Below are positions 20,498 to 31,204 of a stretch of DNA of 64,000 nucleotides, piece by piece. The translations under genes were made by a program, and so were the position numbers. The DNA is from Pelagibacterales bacterium SAG-MED28. GTDB lineage: Bacteria > Pseudomonadota > Alphaproteobacteria > Pelagibacterales > Pelagibacteraceae. The notes beneath the pieces were generated by a model that worked only from the letters and a program-made list of their open reading frames with translations, did not search any database and had not been told where the DNA came from. Location of the stretch: the NCBI GenBank assembly GCA_014653835.1, contig JACWDY010000003.1, positions 5,621 to 69,620 on the forward strand. Reading direction: 5' to 3'. Positions within the stretch are counted from its first letter, which is position 1. Each line of letters begins with the position of its first letter.

Positions 20498-21106
20498 CTA
20501 TTTTGCCTCTTTTTTATCTATATTTTTCTCACCTTTTTGAAATTTTTTCTTTGATACACTTACTAATGAAGGCCTTAGCAACCTATCAGCTAACATATAA
20601 CCTGCTTGTAATTCATGTAGGATTGTTCCCGGTTCATTATTATCGTCCTCAATTTCTGACATAGCTTGATGAAAATTAGGATCAAATTTTTTGTTTTTAA
20701 CATCAACTTTTTTAATTCTATTTTTTTCAAATATTGAAATTAAATCCTTTTCAATAATATTAATATTATCTAAAAATTTACCTAAATCCTTATTCTCTTT
20801 TAATTTTTCATCACTTTTTATAGCCTCCTTTGCTCTTTGTAAGTTGTCAAGAATAGCTAAACTTTCTTTTGCAAAATTGAATGAGCCGAATTCAAATGCA
20901 TCTTTTATTTCTTTTTCAAACCTTCTTCTTTGGTTTTCAATTTCGGCGAGGGATCTTAACAATTTTTCCTCAGATTCTTCAAGTTTTTCCCCCAAAGTTT
21001 TTTCTTTAATTTCCTCATTAGGTTTTTTGTCCGAGGCATCAATCGTTTCATTTTGCTCTTTTTTAAGAGTTTCTTTAATTTTTTCCTCTTTATTTATTTC
21101 ACCCAT
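20498..21106 (-). CDS. grpE: Nucleotide exchange factor GrpE
   Basis: LRSLAEIENQRRR, FDPNFHQAM, GYML.DRLLRPS.V.V. Confidence 0.96.
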   Translation of the reverse strand: MGEINKEEKIKETLKKEQNETIDASDKKPNEEIKEKTLGEKLEESEEKLLRSLAEIENQRRRFEKEIKDAFEFGSFNFAKESLAILDNLQRAKEAIKSDEKLKENKDLGKFLDNINIIEKDLISIFEKNRIKKVDVKNKKFDPNFHQAMSEIEDDNNEPGTILHELQAGYMLADRLLRPSLVSVSKKKFQKGEKNIDKKEAK

Positions 21107-21115
21107 ATATTTTGC

Positions 21116-21144
21116 TATATAGTAAGTACTTATTAAATTACTAG
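21116..21144 (-). promoter_or_regulatory. Possible RpoH-type promoter of grpE
   Basis: Minus strand CTAGTA...ACTATATA, with spacing like the dnaK promoter. Confidence 0.45.
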
Positions 21145-21151
21145 ACTAGAT

Positions 21152-21727
21152 ATGAAAAAAATTTTAATAGGAACTCATAATGCTGGAAAATTCAGAGAAA
21201 TTGCTTACCTGATTACAAAAAAGTACAAGAAAATTTCACCTATGTCCTTAAAAATCAAAAGCCCAAAAGAAACAGGAAAATCTTTCATATCTAATTCTAA
21301 ACTTAAAGCCATCTTCTTTTCGAAGTATGTAAATTACCCAGTCATATCAGATGACTCAGGTCTATGCATTCAAGCCTTGAACAACAAACCAGGCATTTAC
21401 TCTGCAAGATTGGCAAAAAAATATGGAAGTTTTTTTAAAGCAATGAAGTTTATTTTGAAAAAAATGAAAAATAAAAAAAATAGAAGAGCTACCTTTGTAT
21501 GTAGCCTTTCCTACAAAAAAAATGATGGAAAAATAATATCGGTAGAGGGAAGATTGAAAGGCAATATTTCTAATAAAATTAAAGGCAAAAAAGGATTTGG
21601 ATATGATCCAATATTTATTCCATTAAAGAAAAAAATAACATTTGGTCAAATGCATAAGTTAAAAAAAATAAAAATGGATCATAGATTTATTGCATTTCAG
21701 AAATTAAAGAAAAAAATTAAAATTTAA
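21152..21727 (+). CDS. rdgB: Non-canonical purine NTP pyrophosphatase RdgB
   Basis: THNAGK, SDDSGL, PGIYSAR, FGYDPIF, terminal HR. Confidence 0.93.
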   Translation: MKKILIGTHNAGKFREIAYLITKKYKKISPMSLKIKSPKETGKSFISNSKLKAIFFSKYVNYPVISDDSGLCIQALNNKPGIYSARLAKKYGSFFKAMKFILKKMKNKKNRRATFVCSLSYKKNDGKIISVEGRLKGNISNKIKGKKGFGYDPIFIPLKKKITFGQMHKLKKIKMDHRFIAFQKLKKKIKI

Positions 21728-22871
21728 TAAATTTTTTCTTATCGGTTTTATAAATATCTAATTCTTGAATTACCCTCCCATCTTTAAAACTAAAAGTTCC
21801 GATTTTTCCCTTTATTTTATTTTTAAATAAAAAATCTTTAATAGAATTAATCTCGCCATTTTTATTCCAAGCATAGTAGATTAATCCTAAAGCATCATAA
21901 GCTAAAATAGTAATTTCATTAGGGTAAATATTAAATTTTTTATAGTATTTATTATTATACTTCCTAAACTCTTGATAATTGACTGATGGATAATATAAGT
22001 TTTTAATTGTATTTTCGTAGAATATACTTTCATCAAACCATTGGTTTAGTGTGGTGAATAAAACCTTATCTTGATTTACATCTGAATAAACTAATGAAGT
22101 TAAAACACTTTTTAAATTATTACCAAAGTCTATAATTATAATAGAATCAAAATTAACATCACCTAAGGTATATAGTCGTTCTAGTCGTTCTAATTCTTTA
22201 ATTGATTGCTGATCTTCCTTATCTAGAAACATTTTTTTTCTTAGCTCTAGGTTTCTTTTTCTTTGATTATAATTAGTTAAAATTTCAATTTCCCCGGTAA
22301 GAACTTCAGGGTTGGAACTATAAGTGAATGTCTTTATATTTTTTAAATTTAAATTTTCAACTTTTTTCTCAATAATTTTTAAGTAATCGTTTTCTGGAAA
22401 CATTATAATTGTTTTTGTTTTTTTTTGGTCTTTTAAAAACTTTGTTAGAGCAATTAATTGAGACTCTAAACTTACCCCTATACTAATTATATTATTCAAT
22501 ATTTCTGGATTTATATTAGACGGAGAAATAAAAATTAAATCATTATATTTTTTTACATATTCGAATTCTTCATAGGCTAATGGCCCTATAATTACTTTGA
22601 CTCCTGAAGATCTAAACTGACTTATTGCTAAATTAATTTTATCTTTATCGTTAAAACCAGAGTCTTTTGGAATTATAAAAACATTCTCATCATTTATTTC
22701 TTCTAGAGATAATTGCAGAGAATATAAAAGAGAATTACCAATTTCACTGTAAGCACCAGAAAGAGGTGCTAGTAAACCAACTTTAAGTGTTTTACTGTCT
22801 TCATTACTTAATAAATTAGAATTAAATACAAATAGTATATAAAATATTGATATAAAAACTATTTTTTTCAT
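21717..22871 (-). CDS. Periplasmic binding-protein fold, LpoA/LppC-like PBP activator
   Basis: Start re-called at MKKIVFISIF (signal peptide); KVGLLAPLSG, IIGPL, LAYDA; divergent from rsmI. Confidence 0.7.
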   Translation of the reverse strand: MKKIVFISIFYILFVFNSNLLSNEDSKTLKVGLLAPLSGAYSEIGNSLLYSLQLSLEEINDENVFIIPKDSGFNDKDKINLAISQFRSSGVKVIIGPLAYEEFEYVKKYNDLIFISPSNINPEILNNIISIGVSLESQLIALTKFLKDQKKTKTIIMFPENDYLKIIEKKVENLNLKNIKTFTYSSNPEVLTGEIEILTNYNQRKRNLELRKKMFLDKEDQQSIKELERLERLYTLGDVNFDSIIIIDFGNNLKSVLTSLVYSDVNQDKVLFTTLNQWFDESIFYENTIKNLYYPSVNYQEFRKYNNKYYKKFNIYPNEITILAYDALGLIYYAWNKNGEINSIKDFLFKNKIKGKIGTFSFKDGRVIQELDIYKTDKKKFIKF

Positions 22872-22872
22872 T

Positions 22873-23712
22873 ATGAAAATACTTTCAAAACACTTATATA
22901 TTGTTTCCACCCCTATTGGAAATCTTGATGACATTACATTTAGGGCGTTAGAAGTTTTAAAAAATTCAGACATAATTCTTTGCGAGGACACAAGGAGATC
23001 AATTAAGTTACTGAGTCATTATAAAATTAAAAAAAAACTAATTTCCTATCACAAATTTAATGAAAAAAAACAACTCACAAATATCATTGAATATTTTAAT
23101 GAAGGCAAAATTTTGTCTTTGATATCTGATGCAGGAACACCATTATTGTCTGATCCCGGAAGATTTTTAGTCAATCAATGTGTGAAAAATGACATTCAAA
23201 TCACTCCTATACCAGGTGTTTCCTCAATAACTTCTGCAATGAGTATTTCAGGATTTAAAGATCAATTTTTGTTTTATGGATTTTTGCCAAAAACACAGAA
23301 TGAGCTTGATAAAGTTTTGATCTCATTATCTCAAAATCATTATACTCAAGTCTTTTTTATTCCTTCAAAAAAAATTAACTTCTATATAATTAATTTTAAA
23401 AAGTACTTTTCAGGTAGACAGATAGTTATTGCAAAAGAAATAACCAAGATCCATGAATCTTTTATTAGAGAGGATGTTGATAGTTTAAAAACATTTAAAA
23501 ACATCCTTAAAGGAGAATTAACAATAATTATTTCAGAAAGTGATAAAAAAGCCAAAAATTTTGATGAAGAAAAAATTGTGTATAAAGCAAAAAAATATCT
23601 AAAAAAATATAGTTTGAAAGATACTGTTAATCTAATCTCTGAAATAGAAAAGATAAATAAAAAAAAAATATACAAATTATGTTTGAAAATCAAAAATGAA
23701 AAAAATTTTTAG
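22873..23712 (+). CDS. rsmI: 16S rRNA C1402 2'-O-methyltransferase
   Basis: LYIVSTPIGNLDDIT.RA, CEDTR, SDAGTPLLSDPG, EITKIHE. Confidence 0.96.
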   Translation: MKILSKHLYIVSTPIGNLDDITFRALEVLKNSDIILCEDTRRSIKLLSHYKIKKKLISYHKFNEKKQLTNIIEYFNEGKILSLISDAGTPLLSDPGRFLVNQCVKNDIQITPIPGVSSITSAMSISGFKDQFLFYGFLPKTQNELDKVLISLSQNHYTQVFFIPSKKINFYIINFKKYFSGRQIVIAKEITKIHESFIREDVDSLKTFKNILKGELTIIISESDKKAKNFDEEKIVYKAKKYLKKYSLKDTVNLISEIEKINKKKIYKLCLKIKNEKNF

Positions 23713-24274
23713 CTTAATAGTAATATTTTTTATAACATCTTGTACATCCGCTTCTCAATTTGGTGCAGGCGTAAATATAACCTTTGACCCTAGAACTATA
23801 GGAATGCAAATCGATGATACCATTATGCAAAAAAATTTAAACGCTAGACTAGCACTTGCTGATAAGAAGTATTTCATTTCAATTCAAACTGAAGTTCTTG
23901 ATGGAAGAATTTTTTTATCTGGAAAAGTTGACGAACCGGAAGAAAAAATTAAGATAACAAAGATGGCTTGGGAAACAAATGGTGCACGTTCAGTTAAAAA
24001 CGCAATTACTATAAAAGGCCAAAGCAACTTCAAAAGTACTGCAAAAGATATTCTTATAACTAGCCAACTAAGAACTGCATTAATTTTCAATAAAAAGACA
24101 AAAGCAAGAAATTATACTCTAGAAACTGTAAATAAAAATATTTATATTTTTGGTATAGCCATGAATGAAGAAGAAAAAAAGGAAGTAATTAATGAGGCAA
24201 ATAAAATTTATGATGTTGAAGAGGTCATTCCATCTATTTATCTTGCAACAGAATTAAGTCGAACAAAAATTTAA
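23696..24274 (+). CDS. Dual-BON lipoprotein (DolP/YraP-like)
   Basis: Lipobox ITSC, DPRTIGMQIDD, two BON domains. Confidence 0.85.
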   Translation: MKKIFSLIVIFFITSCTSASQFGAGVNITFDPRTIGMQIDDTIMQKNLNARLALADKKYFISIQTEVLDGRIFLSGKVDEPEEKIKITKMAWETNGARSVKNAITIKGQSNFKSTAKDILITSQLRTALIFNKKTKARNYTLETVNKNIYIFGIAMNEEEKKEVINEANKIYDVEEVIPSIYLATELSRTKI

Positions 24275-26553
24275 TTAGAATAGTCAATTACATCAGATGA
24301 GTAAGATGCTATAGACGCTAAATTTAAAATTTCCGAAGTACTTGCTCTAAGAGGGGCGACTTCAATCGGCAAACCTAATCCAATTAATAATGGTCCAATT
24401 AATTTACCGCCACCAAATACTTTCATGAGTTTTGTAGATATTGCGGCGCTATGTAAGGCAGGCATAATCAAAATATTTGCGTTTCCTACAATTTTCGAAA
24501 ATGGATAAATCTCTTTATAGATTGGGTTTAAAGCGACATCTGGTTGCATCTCGCCGTCAAAATCAAAGTCTACTTTATCCTTTTTTAATATTTGGATTGC
24601 ATCTCTCACATGTTTTGTATTTTTTGAAATTGGTTTTCCAAAAGTTGAGTGAGATAGGAAAGCTACCTTTGGCTCAAATCCAAATAATCTTGCAACACGA
24701 ACACAAGACTTAGAAACATTTACTAGTCTTTCAGATGAAGGAAAATCTTGTACATTAGTATCAGCTACAAGAATAGTTTTTCCCTTAGAAACTATCATTG
24801 TCATTCCAAAAATTTCTTCTCCAGGACGAGCTTCTACAACGTATTTCAATTTTTCAATTGACGCAGCGTAGTGTCTAATATTTCCGGTTACCATCGCATC
24901 TGCATCTTTACAGGCAATCATTGAAGAGCCCCATGCTATTCGATCATTTCTTACTAACCGGTCTACATCTCTTTCTAGTTGTCCCTCTCTTTGTAGTTTT
25001 TTATATAAATGTTTAACGTATTTCTCTCTTTTTTCTTTATTTGTAGAGTTAACTATCTCAATTTTATAATTTTCATCTAAACCAATTTTTTTTAATTGAT
25101 CTCTTATTCTCTTTTCAACTCCAATCAATATTGGAATACCTAATTTATTTTTTCCAAACTCAATAGCAGCTTTAAGCATATTTTCATCTTCACCTTCGGC
25201 AAAGATAACCCGCTTAGGGTTTTTTCTGATTTTTGCATTAATTCCTTGCATTAGCGACATAGACGGATCTAAACGATTTGATAATTGATCTTTATATAAT
25301 TCAAAATCTTCAATTTTTTTCCTAGCAGCCCCACTTTTTATTGCTGCGTCTGCTACAGCGGTGGGGATAACACTTATTAACCTTGGGTCAAAAGTAGAAG
25401 GAATAATATAATTCTTTCCATAACGTGGACGGTCTCCACCATAAGCAGCGACAACTTCGTCTGGGACATTTTCTCTAGCTAAAAGAGCTATTGCACTAGC
25501 TGCGGCTACCTTCATTTCCTCATTGATAGCTTTTGCTCTTACATCAAGAGCGCCTCTAAAAATGTATGGAAAACCAATTAAATTATTTACTTGGTTTGGA
25601 TAATCAGAACGGCCTGTAGCAATAATTGCATCATCTCTTACCTCCAAAATTAATTCTGGCTTAATCTCAGGATCCGGGTTAGCACAGGCAAATATAATAG
25701 GATTCTTGGCCATAGATTTTACCATGTCTTTGCTTACAACGTCCTTTGCTGATAAACCCAAAAAAACGTCAGCTTTTTTCATGGCCTCATCAAGAGATCT
25801 AAGTTTAGTATCAACTGCAAAAGCAGACTTAAACTGATCAATATTTTTTCTTCCCTTATAGATTACACCTTTGCTATCGCACATTATTAGATTGCTGTTT
25901 TTAACACCTGAACTTTTAAATAGATTTGCACAAGCTTGTGCAGATGCTCCAGCGCCGTTAATTACAACTTTTACCTTTGAAATCTTTTTCTTTGAAATGT
26001 CCAAAGCATTAATTAAGGCCGCAGTAGTAATAATTGCTGTTCCGTGTTGGTCATCGTGAAATACTGGAATATCCAAAATCTCTTTTAATTTTTGCTCAAT
26101 AATAAAACAATCTGGTGCAGCAATATCCTCAAGATTTATACCCCCAAAGGTTCCACTTATATTTTTGATGGTTTCAATAATTGAATTAGTATCTTTGCTA
26201 TCAATCTCAATATCTATGGAGTCAATATCTGCAAATCTTTTAAACAAGACAGATTTCCCTTCCATCACTGGTTTAGAAGCTAGCGAACCAAGGTTACCCA
26301 AACCTAAAATCGCTGAGCCATTACTTATTACAGCAACTAAATTTCCTTTGCTTGTATAATCATAAGCTAAGTCTGGATTTTTTGAAATCTCCTTAACTGG
26401 AGCAGCCACGCCTGGAGAATAGGCAAGGGATAGATCTCTTTTTGTAGTTAAAGGTTTCGAAGAACCAATCTCAATTTTGCCTGACTTACCTTTTATATGA
26501 AAATCAAGAGCTTCTTTATCTGTATAATGATCAATCTCGGTTTTTTTTGGCAT
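24271..26553 (-). CDS. maeB: NADP-dependent malic enzyme with PTA-like domain
   Basis: LSLAYSPGVA, KPVMEGK, FHDDQHGT, ATGRSDYPNQVNN; C-terminal PTA-like domain. Confidence 0.96.
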   Translation of the reverse strand: MPKKTEIDHYTDKEALDFHIKGKSGKIEIGSSKPLTTKRDLSLAYSPGVAAPVKEISKNPDLAYDYTSKGNLVAVISNGSAILGLGNLGSLASKPVMEGKSVLFKRFADIDSIDIEIDSKDTNSIIETIKNISGTFGGINLEDIAAPDCFIIEQKLKEILDIPVFHDDQHGTAIITTAALINALDISKKKISKVKVVINGAGASAQACANLFKSSGVKNSNLIMCDSKGVIYKGRKNIDQFKSAFAVDTKLRSLDEAMKKADVFLGLSAKDVVSKDMVKSMAKNPIIFACANPDPEIKPELILEVRDDAIIATGRSDYPNQVNNLIGFPYIFRGALDVRAKAINEEMKVAAASAIALLARENVPDEVVAAYGGDRPRYGKNYIIPSTFDPRLISVIPTAVADAAIKSGAARKKIEDFELYKDQLSNRLDPSMSLMQGINAKIRKNPKRVIFAEGEDENMLKAAIEFGKNKLGIPILIGVEKRIRDQLKKIGLDENYKIEIVNSTNKEKREKYVKHLYKKLQREGQLERDVDRLVRNDRIAWGSSMIACKDADAMVTGNIRHYAASIEKLKYVVEARPGEEIFGMTMIVSKGKTILVADTNVQDFPSSERLVNVSKSCVRVARLFGFEPKVAFLSHSTFGKPISKNTKHVRDAIQILKKDKVDFDFDGEMQPDVALNPIYKEIYPFSKIVGNANILIMPALHSAAISTKLMKVFGGGKLIGPLLIGLGLPIEVAPLRASTSEILNLASIASYSSDVIDYSN

Positions 26554-26623
26554 TTAGTTAAATGAGTATGTAATATAAAAAATAATAATTCACTAAAAAT
26601 TTATGGCCTAATTAAGAACATTT

Positions 26624-28150
26624 ATGAACCTATTATCATCTACTTCTATATTTAGTTTTTTTACCTTAATAAGTAGAATCCTTGGTTATGTTCGCGATAT
26701 TCTAATAGCTGTTTTTCTAGGCGCTTCAATTTATGCGGATGCCTTTTTTGTAGCCTTTAGATTACCAAATACCTTTAGAAGGTTATTTGCTGAAGGAACT
26801 TTTAATGCTGCTTTCATACCAAGTTATGCTGCCGTAAAAATTGAAAGTAAAAGTAAGGGAAAAAAATTTGCAGACGATGTTTTAAGTAGTCTGTTATTAA
26901 TTTTATTATTTTTAGTTACCATTGTTGAAATTTTTACACCCTATTTAATTTATATCATCGCCCCAGGGTTTATAGAAAATCAATTTAAATTTGATTTAGC
27001 TGTAGAGCTTACAAGAATTACTTTTCCATTTTTATTATTTGTAAGTTTGTCATCTTTTTTTGCTGGCATTCTTAATTCTAATAACAAATTTGCAGCTGCC
27101 GCGGCCGCACCAATTATTTTAAATATAATTTTAATATCCAGTTTAATAATTTCATACTACTTCGAATTAGATTTTTCTAAGCAATTATCATTCGGAGTTA
27201 CCTTAGCTGGTTTAATTCAATTACTTTTTTTAGTTTATGTTACTCTAAAATATTATAAGCCAGATTTTGTATTAAATTTTAAACTAAGCAGCAAAGTAAA
27301 ATTCTTTTTTAGAAAACTTTTACCAAGCATTTTATCTTCAGGAGTTACCCAAATAAATATTTTAGTTGGGACAATAATTGCTTCCTTCCAGTCAGGTGCT
27401 GTTTCTTATCTATATTATGCAGATAGAGTTTATCAAATTAACTTAGCTATTGCTGGAATAGCTGTAGGCACAGTCTCTTTACCTGTGCTATCGAAAGCTT
27501 TTAAAACAAAAAATCTAAAAAAAATTTCAAATATACAAAATAAATCTTTCGAATTATCATTACTATTATCAGTGCCAGCAAGTTTAGGATTAATTTTAGC
27601 TTCCGAAGAAATAATCAATGCTTTATTTGGATACGGATCTTTTTCAAAAAATGATGTCGCATTAACTGCAGAGGCTCTTAAATATTTTGGTTTTGGAGTG
27701 CCTGCATTTGCATTAGTAAAAATCTTATCAAATTTTTATTTTGCTAGAGATAATACTATAACTCCTTTTTATATTTCCGTGTTCATCGTAATTTTAAATA
27801 TTCTTATAAGTGTAAGTTTATTTTCTAAAATAGGATTTATCATTATTCCAATTGCTACATCTATATCAACTTGGATTGGTGTTCTTATTTACTTATATTT
27901 ACTAAATTTAAAAAAAGCTCTTCTTTTAAAAAATCAATTAATATTCAATTTTATCAAAATATTAGCTTCAACAATTTTAATGTCTTTTACATTGTTATTT
28001 GCTCTTGATAGTTATGCTAATTATTTACAGTATTTTTATAAATATAAAGCTCTTTATTTAATATCAATTGTCAGTTTTGTTGGTATTCTTTATTTGTTAT
28101 CGTGTTATTTATTAGGAATTTTAAAACTTAAAAATTATAAAACAAATTAG
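26624..28150 (+). CDS. murJ: Lipid II flippase MurJ
   Basis: SRILGYVRD, AFRLPNTFRRLFAEG, LYYADR; many TM segments. Confidence 0.96.
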   Translation: MNLLSSTSIFSFFTLISRILGYVRDILIAVFLGASIYADAFFVAFRLPNTFRRLFAEGTFNAAFIPSYAAVKIESKSKGKKFADDVLSSLLLILLFLVTIVEIFTPYLIYIIAPGFIENQFKFDLAVELTRITFPFLLFVSLSSFFAGILNSNNKFAAAAAAPIILNIILISSLIISYYFELDFSKQLSFGVTLAGLIQLLFLVYVTLKYYKPDFVLNFKLSSKVKFFFRKLLPSILSSGVTQINILVGTIIASFQSGAVSYLYYADRVYQINLAIAGIAVGTVSLPVLSKAFKTKNLKKISNIQNKSFELSLLLSVPASLGLILASEEIINALFGYGSFSKNDVALTAEALKYFGFGVPAFALVKILSNFYFARDNTITPFYISVFIVILNILISVSLFSKIGFIIIPIATSISTWIGVLIYLYLLNLKKALLLKNQLIFNFIKILASTILMSFTLLFALDSYANYLQYFYKYKALYLISIVSFVGILYLLSCYLLGILKLKNYKTN

Positions 28151-29155
28151 ATGGGTAATAAAAAGTTAGTATTTTCAGGAGTCCAGCCCACTGGTAATTT
28201 GCACTTAGGAAATTATCTTGGTGCACTCAAAAATTTCGTTTCACTTCAGAAAGAAATGGAATGTATTTATTGCGTTGTGGATCTTCATGCAATAACAACC
28301 TTTCAAAAACCCAGCGAACTTCTCGAGAATGTTTTAGAGACAACAGCAAGCTTTTTAGCAACAGGAATAAATCCAAACAAAAGTATAATTTTCAATCAGT
28401 CCTCAGTTTCTGGTCACGCTGAGCTTGCTTGGATTTTAAATTGTGTTTCAAGAATTGGTTGGTTAAACAGAATGACACAATTTAAAGACAAAGCTGGATC
28501 AGATAAAGAAAAAGCGAGTGTTGGTCTTTATATCTACCCAAACTTAATGGCAGCAGACATACTTCTTTACAAAGCTACTCACGTTCCTGTCGGGGCAGAT
28601 CAAAAGCAACATTTAGAACTATCAAGAGACATTGCCCAAAAATTTAATAATGATTTTAATTGCCAAGATTTTTTCCCTCTGCCTGAGCCAATGATACCAA
28701 GAAAAATTTCTAGGATTATGAGTTTGAGAGACGGTACTAAAAAAATGAGTAAATCTGAAGAATCCAGCTATTCAAGAATTAATTTAAAAGATACCGCCGA
28801 TGAAATAAGTAAAAAAATTAAAAAAGCAAAGTCAGACTCAGATCCGATACCTGATAATATAAAATCGTTAGAAAAAAAACCAGAGGCACTTAACTTATTA
28901 ACCATATATTCTGAGCTGACACAAAATAATTTAGAAAAAGTTATCTCTGAGCTATCAGGTAAAGAATATTCTGTTTTAAAAACAAAATTATCAGATGTGT
29001 TAATCAGCGAAATAACTCCTATTGGTAAAGAAATAAAAAAATTACTTGATAACAAGTCGCATTTAAAAAATATTTTGAGAAAAGGCAGTGAAAAAGCTAA
29101 TATAATTGCTGAGGAAAACCTAAAAAATATACGTGAAAAAGTAGGCTTGATATAA
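28151..29155 (+). CDS. trpS: Tryptophan--tRNA ligase
   Basis: [26 protein letters not shown]. Confidence 0.98.
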   Translation: MGNKKLVFSGVQPTGNLHLGNYLGALKNFVSLQKEMECIYCVVDLHAITTFQKPSELLENVLETTASFLATGINPNKSIIFNQSSVSGHAELAWILNCVSRIGWLNRMTQFKDKAGSDKEKASVGLYIYPNLMAADILLYKATHVPVGADQKQHLELSRDIAQKFNNDFNCQDFFPLPEPMIPRKISRIMSLRDGTKKMSKSEESSYSRINLKDTADEISKKIKKAKSDSDPIPDNIKSLEKKPEALNLLTIYSELTQNNLEKVISELSGKEYSVLKTKLSDVLISEITPIGKEIKKLLDNKSHLKNILRKGSEKANIIAEENLKNIREKVGLI

Positions 29156-29167
29156 TATAAGGCAATT

Positions 29168-29716
29168 ATGATACAAACTGAAGCTACACCTAATCCAGAC
29201 TCACTAAAGTTTTTGTCCGAAAAAACAATTTCAGCAATAGGGACTGAAGAGTTTCAAAAGGCAAACGAAAAAGATGTATCTATTCCTTTCGTAAAAGAAC
29301 TTTTAAATTTTAAAGGAGTTGAGCTAATCCTTTTGTCAGAAAAGTTTTTATCAGTTAAAAAAACTAAAGAGGTTTCGTGGAACGAGTTAAAACCAATGGT
29401 AATTTCACATTTAAATGACTATTTTGAGAAAAATAATGTACCAATTTTAAGAAATAAACAGAAAACTGTTAGTAATGTAGACAATAACGATGAAACTGTT
29501 AATAAAATTATTGAAGTTTTAGATACCAAAATCAGGCCAGCTGTGGCAAGAGATGGAGGAGATATTAAGTTTAAATCTTTTGAAGATGGAGTTGTTAAAG
29601 TTGAACTTCAGGGAAGCTGTTCTGGTTGCCCGAGTTCTTTGATGACTTTAAAACAAGGTGTTCAAAATCTTTTAAAACACTACGTAAAAGAGGTTAATTC
29701 AGTAGAGGCCATATAA
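29168..29716 (+). CDS. NifU/NfuA-family Fe-S carrier
   Basis: TPNP N-terminal domain, IRPAVARDGGD, GSCSGCPSS. Confidence 0.93.
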   Translation: MIQTEATPNPDSLKFLSEKTISAIGTEEFQKANEKDVSIPFVKELLNFKGVELILLSEKFLSVKKTKEVSWNELKPMVISHLNDYFEKNNVPILRNKQKTVSNVDNNDETVNKIIEVLDTKIRPAVARDGGDIKFKSFEDGVVKVELQGSCSGCPSSLMTLKQGVQNLLKHYVKEVNSVEAI

Positions 29717-31203
29717 TGAAAAGAAAAGTAAGCTACAGAGATAAATTATTAGAGTTAGCCAATATCTATGATGTTAGAGAAATTAAAGAGTATGTTAAAA
29801 GTAAAAAAAACCTAACAGTAGGTCAAATAGAACTTATTCTAAGAAAAAATAAAATTGTTATTCCAAAAGATTATAAATCAAGTTTTATAAAAGATAACTT
29901 TTTAAAACCATACTCTAAAGCTAAATCTGATTTAGCAGAACTTAAAGAAGAAACTATCAAAGATAAAAACAGACTAATTCGAAAAGTTGGAAATTTTAGA
30001 GAAGATACAGCGAGAAGATTAAACTATGCTGTTAAAACTTTTTGGAGAACTCTTGGTACTGCAGGAATAAACTTTTTAAATATTTTACCCAAATTAGGAA
30101 AAACGATTTATTCGTTTCTTGGTAATTCTTTTACAGATGTATTTAATGGAATTTACAATCAACAATTAGATCCAAAAAAAGCTAAAAATGTAATAGTCGG
30201 GATTGTTGCTGTAGTAGTTATTGCTACAGTAGCTTTTAACGGAAAAAACTACTTCGGCAATATAGAGACAGATAAAACTGTAGAAATTAAAAAACCTGAA
30301 AATAAGAAAAAATTAAAAAAACCAGAAATTAAGGAAGAGGTAAAAAAACCGGAATTAAAAAAAGAAATCAAACCAAAAGTAGAAGCTAAGAAAAAAAAAG
30401 ATGTGAACGAAGTAATTCTACCTAATCTAAATTTAAAAACTGAGACAGTTTTAAACCTTTTTAAAGATGTAGAATATGATTTAGGAAAAGTTCGATCTCA
30501 AAAACTTGTAAAACCAATATATTTTACTCAATTTCCAAGAGATCTTGATGCGTTACAAAGCACTAAACTAAAGAAAGAGACTTTTATAAAAATAGTTCTT
30601 CCACTTATAGTTGCTGAAAATGAAAAAATTCTTGCTGATAGAAAAAAGCTAAAAATTGTATCTGGCAAAAAATATACAACAGATTTAGAAAAACAGTGGA
30701 TTAGACAAAAGTTACTAGAATACAAAGTAAAAAAAGGTGATTTAAATGAATTACTAATTAGAATGGATGTAATTCCAACTTCAATTGCTTTAGCTCAAGC
30801 TGCTAAGGAAAGTGGTTGGGGGACGTCCAGGTTCGCTTTGGAGGGTAATGCTATTTTTGGGCAGTGGACTTGGAGTGGTCAAGGAATTGCCCCGTTAGAT
30901 AGAGATAGTAATAAAAAACATAAAATTTTAAAATTCCCTATATTAAGAGCTTCAGTAAAAGCTTATCAAAATAATCTGAATACTCATAAAAGTTATTTAA
31001 AATTTAGAGAAAAAAGATCTATCTTAAGAGAAAAAAATAAGAAGATTGTTGGCCTTGAATTAACAGATACATTAAATAATTACGCTCAGACAGGGTCAGA
31101 ATATACTGATACTTTAAATCAAATTATCAAGCAAAACAGATTACTTGATTTTGAGCTAGTGAGATTAGTTAATTCAGCTAAAGAGATTGAATTAAGTTCT
31201 TAA
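29716..31203 (+). CDS. Membrane-anchored glucosaminidase (Bax-like, GH73)
   Basis: LAQAAKESGWGTSRFA.EGNA.FGQW, NLNTH..Y; central TM helix and K/E/P linker. Confidence 0.88.
   Translation: MKRKVSYRDKLLELANIYDVREIKEYVKSKKNLTVGQIELILRKNKIVIPKDYKSSFIKDNFLKPYSKAKSDLAELKEETIKDKNRLIRKVGNFREDTARRLNYAVKTFWRTLGTAGINFLNILPKLGKTIYSFLGNSFTDVFNGIYNQQLDPKKAKNVIVGIVAVVVIATVAFNGKNYFGNIETDKTVEIKKPENKKKLKKPEIKEEVKKPELKKEIKPKVEAKKKKDVNEVILPNLNLKTETVLNLFKDVEYDLGKVRSQKLVKPIYFTQFPRDLDALQSTKLKKETFIKIVLPLIVAENEKILADRKKLKIVSGKKYTTDLEKQWIRQKLLEYKVKKGDLNELLIRMDVIPTSIALAQAAKESGWGTSRFALEGNAIFGQWTWSGQGIAPLDRDSNKKHKILKFPILRASVKAYQNNLNTHKSYLKFREKRSILREKNKKIVGLELTDTLNNYAQTGSEYTDTLNQIIKQNRLLDFELVRLVNSAKEIELSS
30289..30369 (+). 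repeat. Three imperfect 27-nt in-frame tandem units
   Basis: KKPENKKKL / KKPEIKEEV / KKPELKKEI. Confidence 0.6.
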
Positions 31204-31204
31204 A

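Noticed and set aside
22173-22190. 9-nt tandem duplication TAGTCGTTC x2
   Set aside because: An in-frame ERL-ERL helix repeat, too short to interpret.
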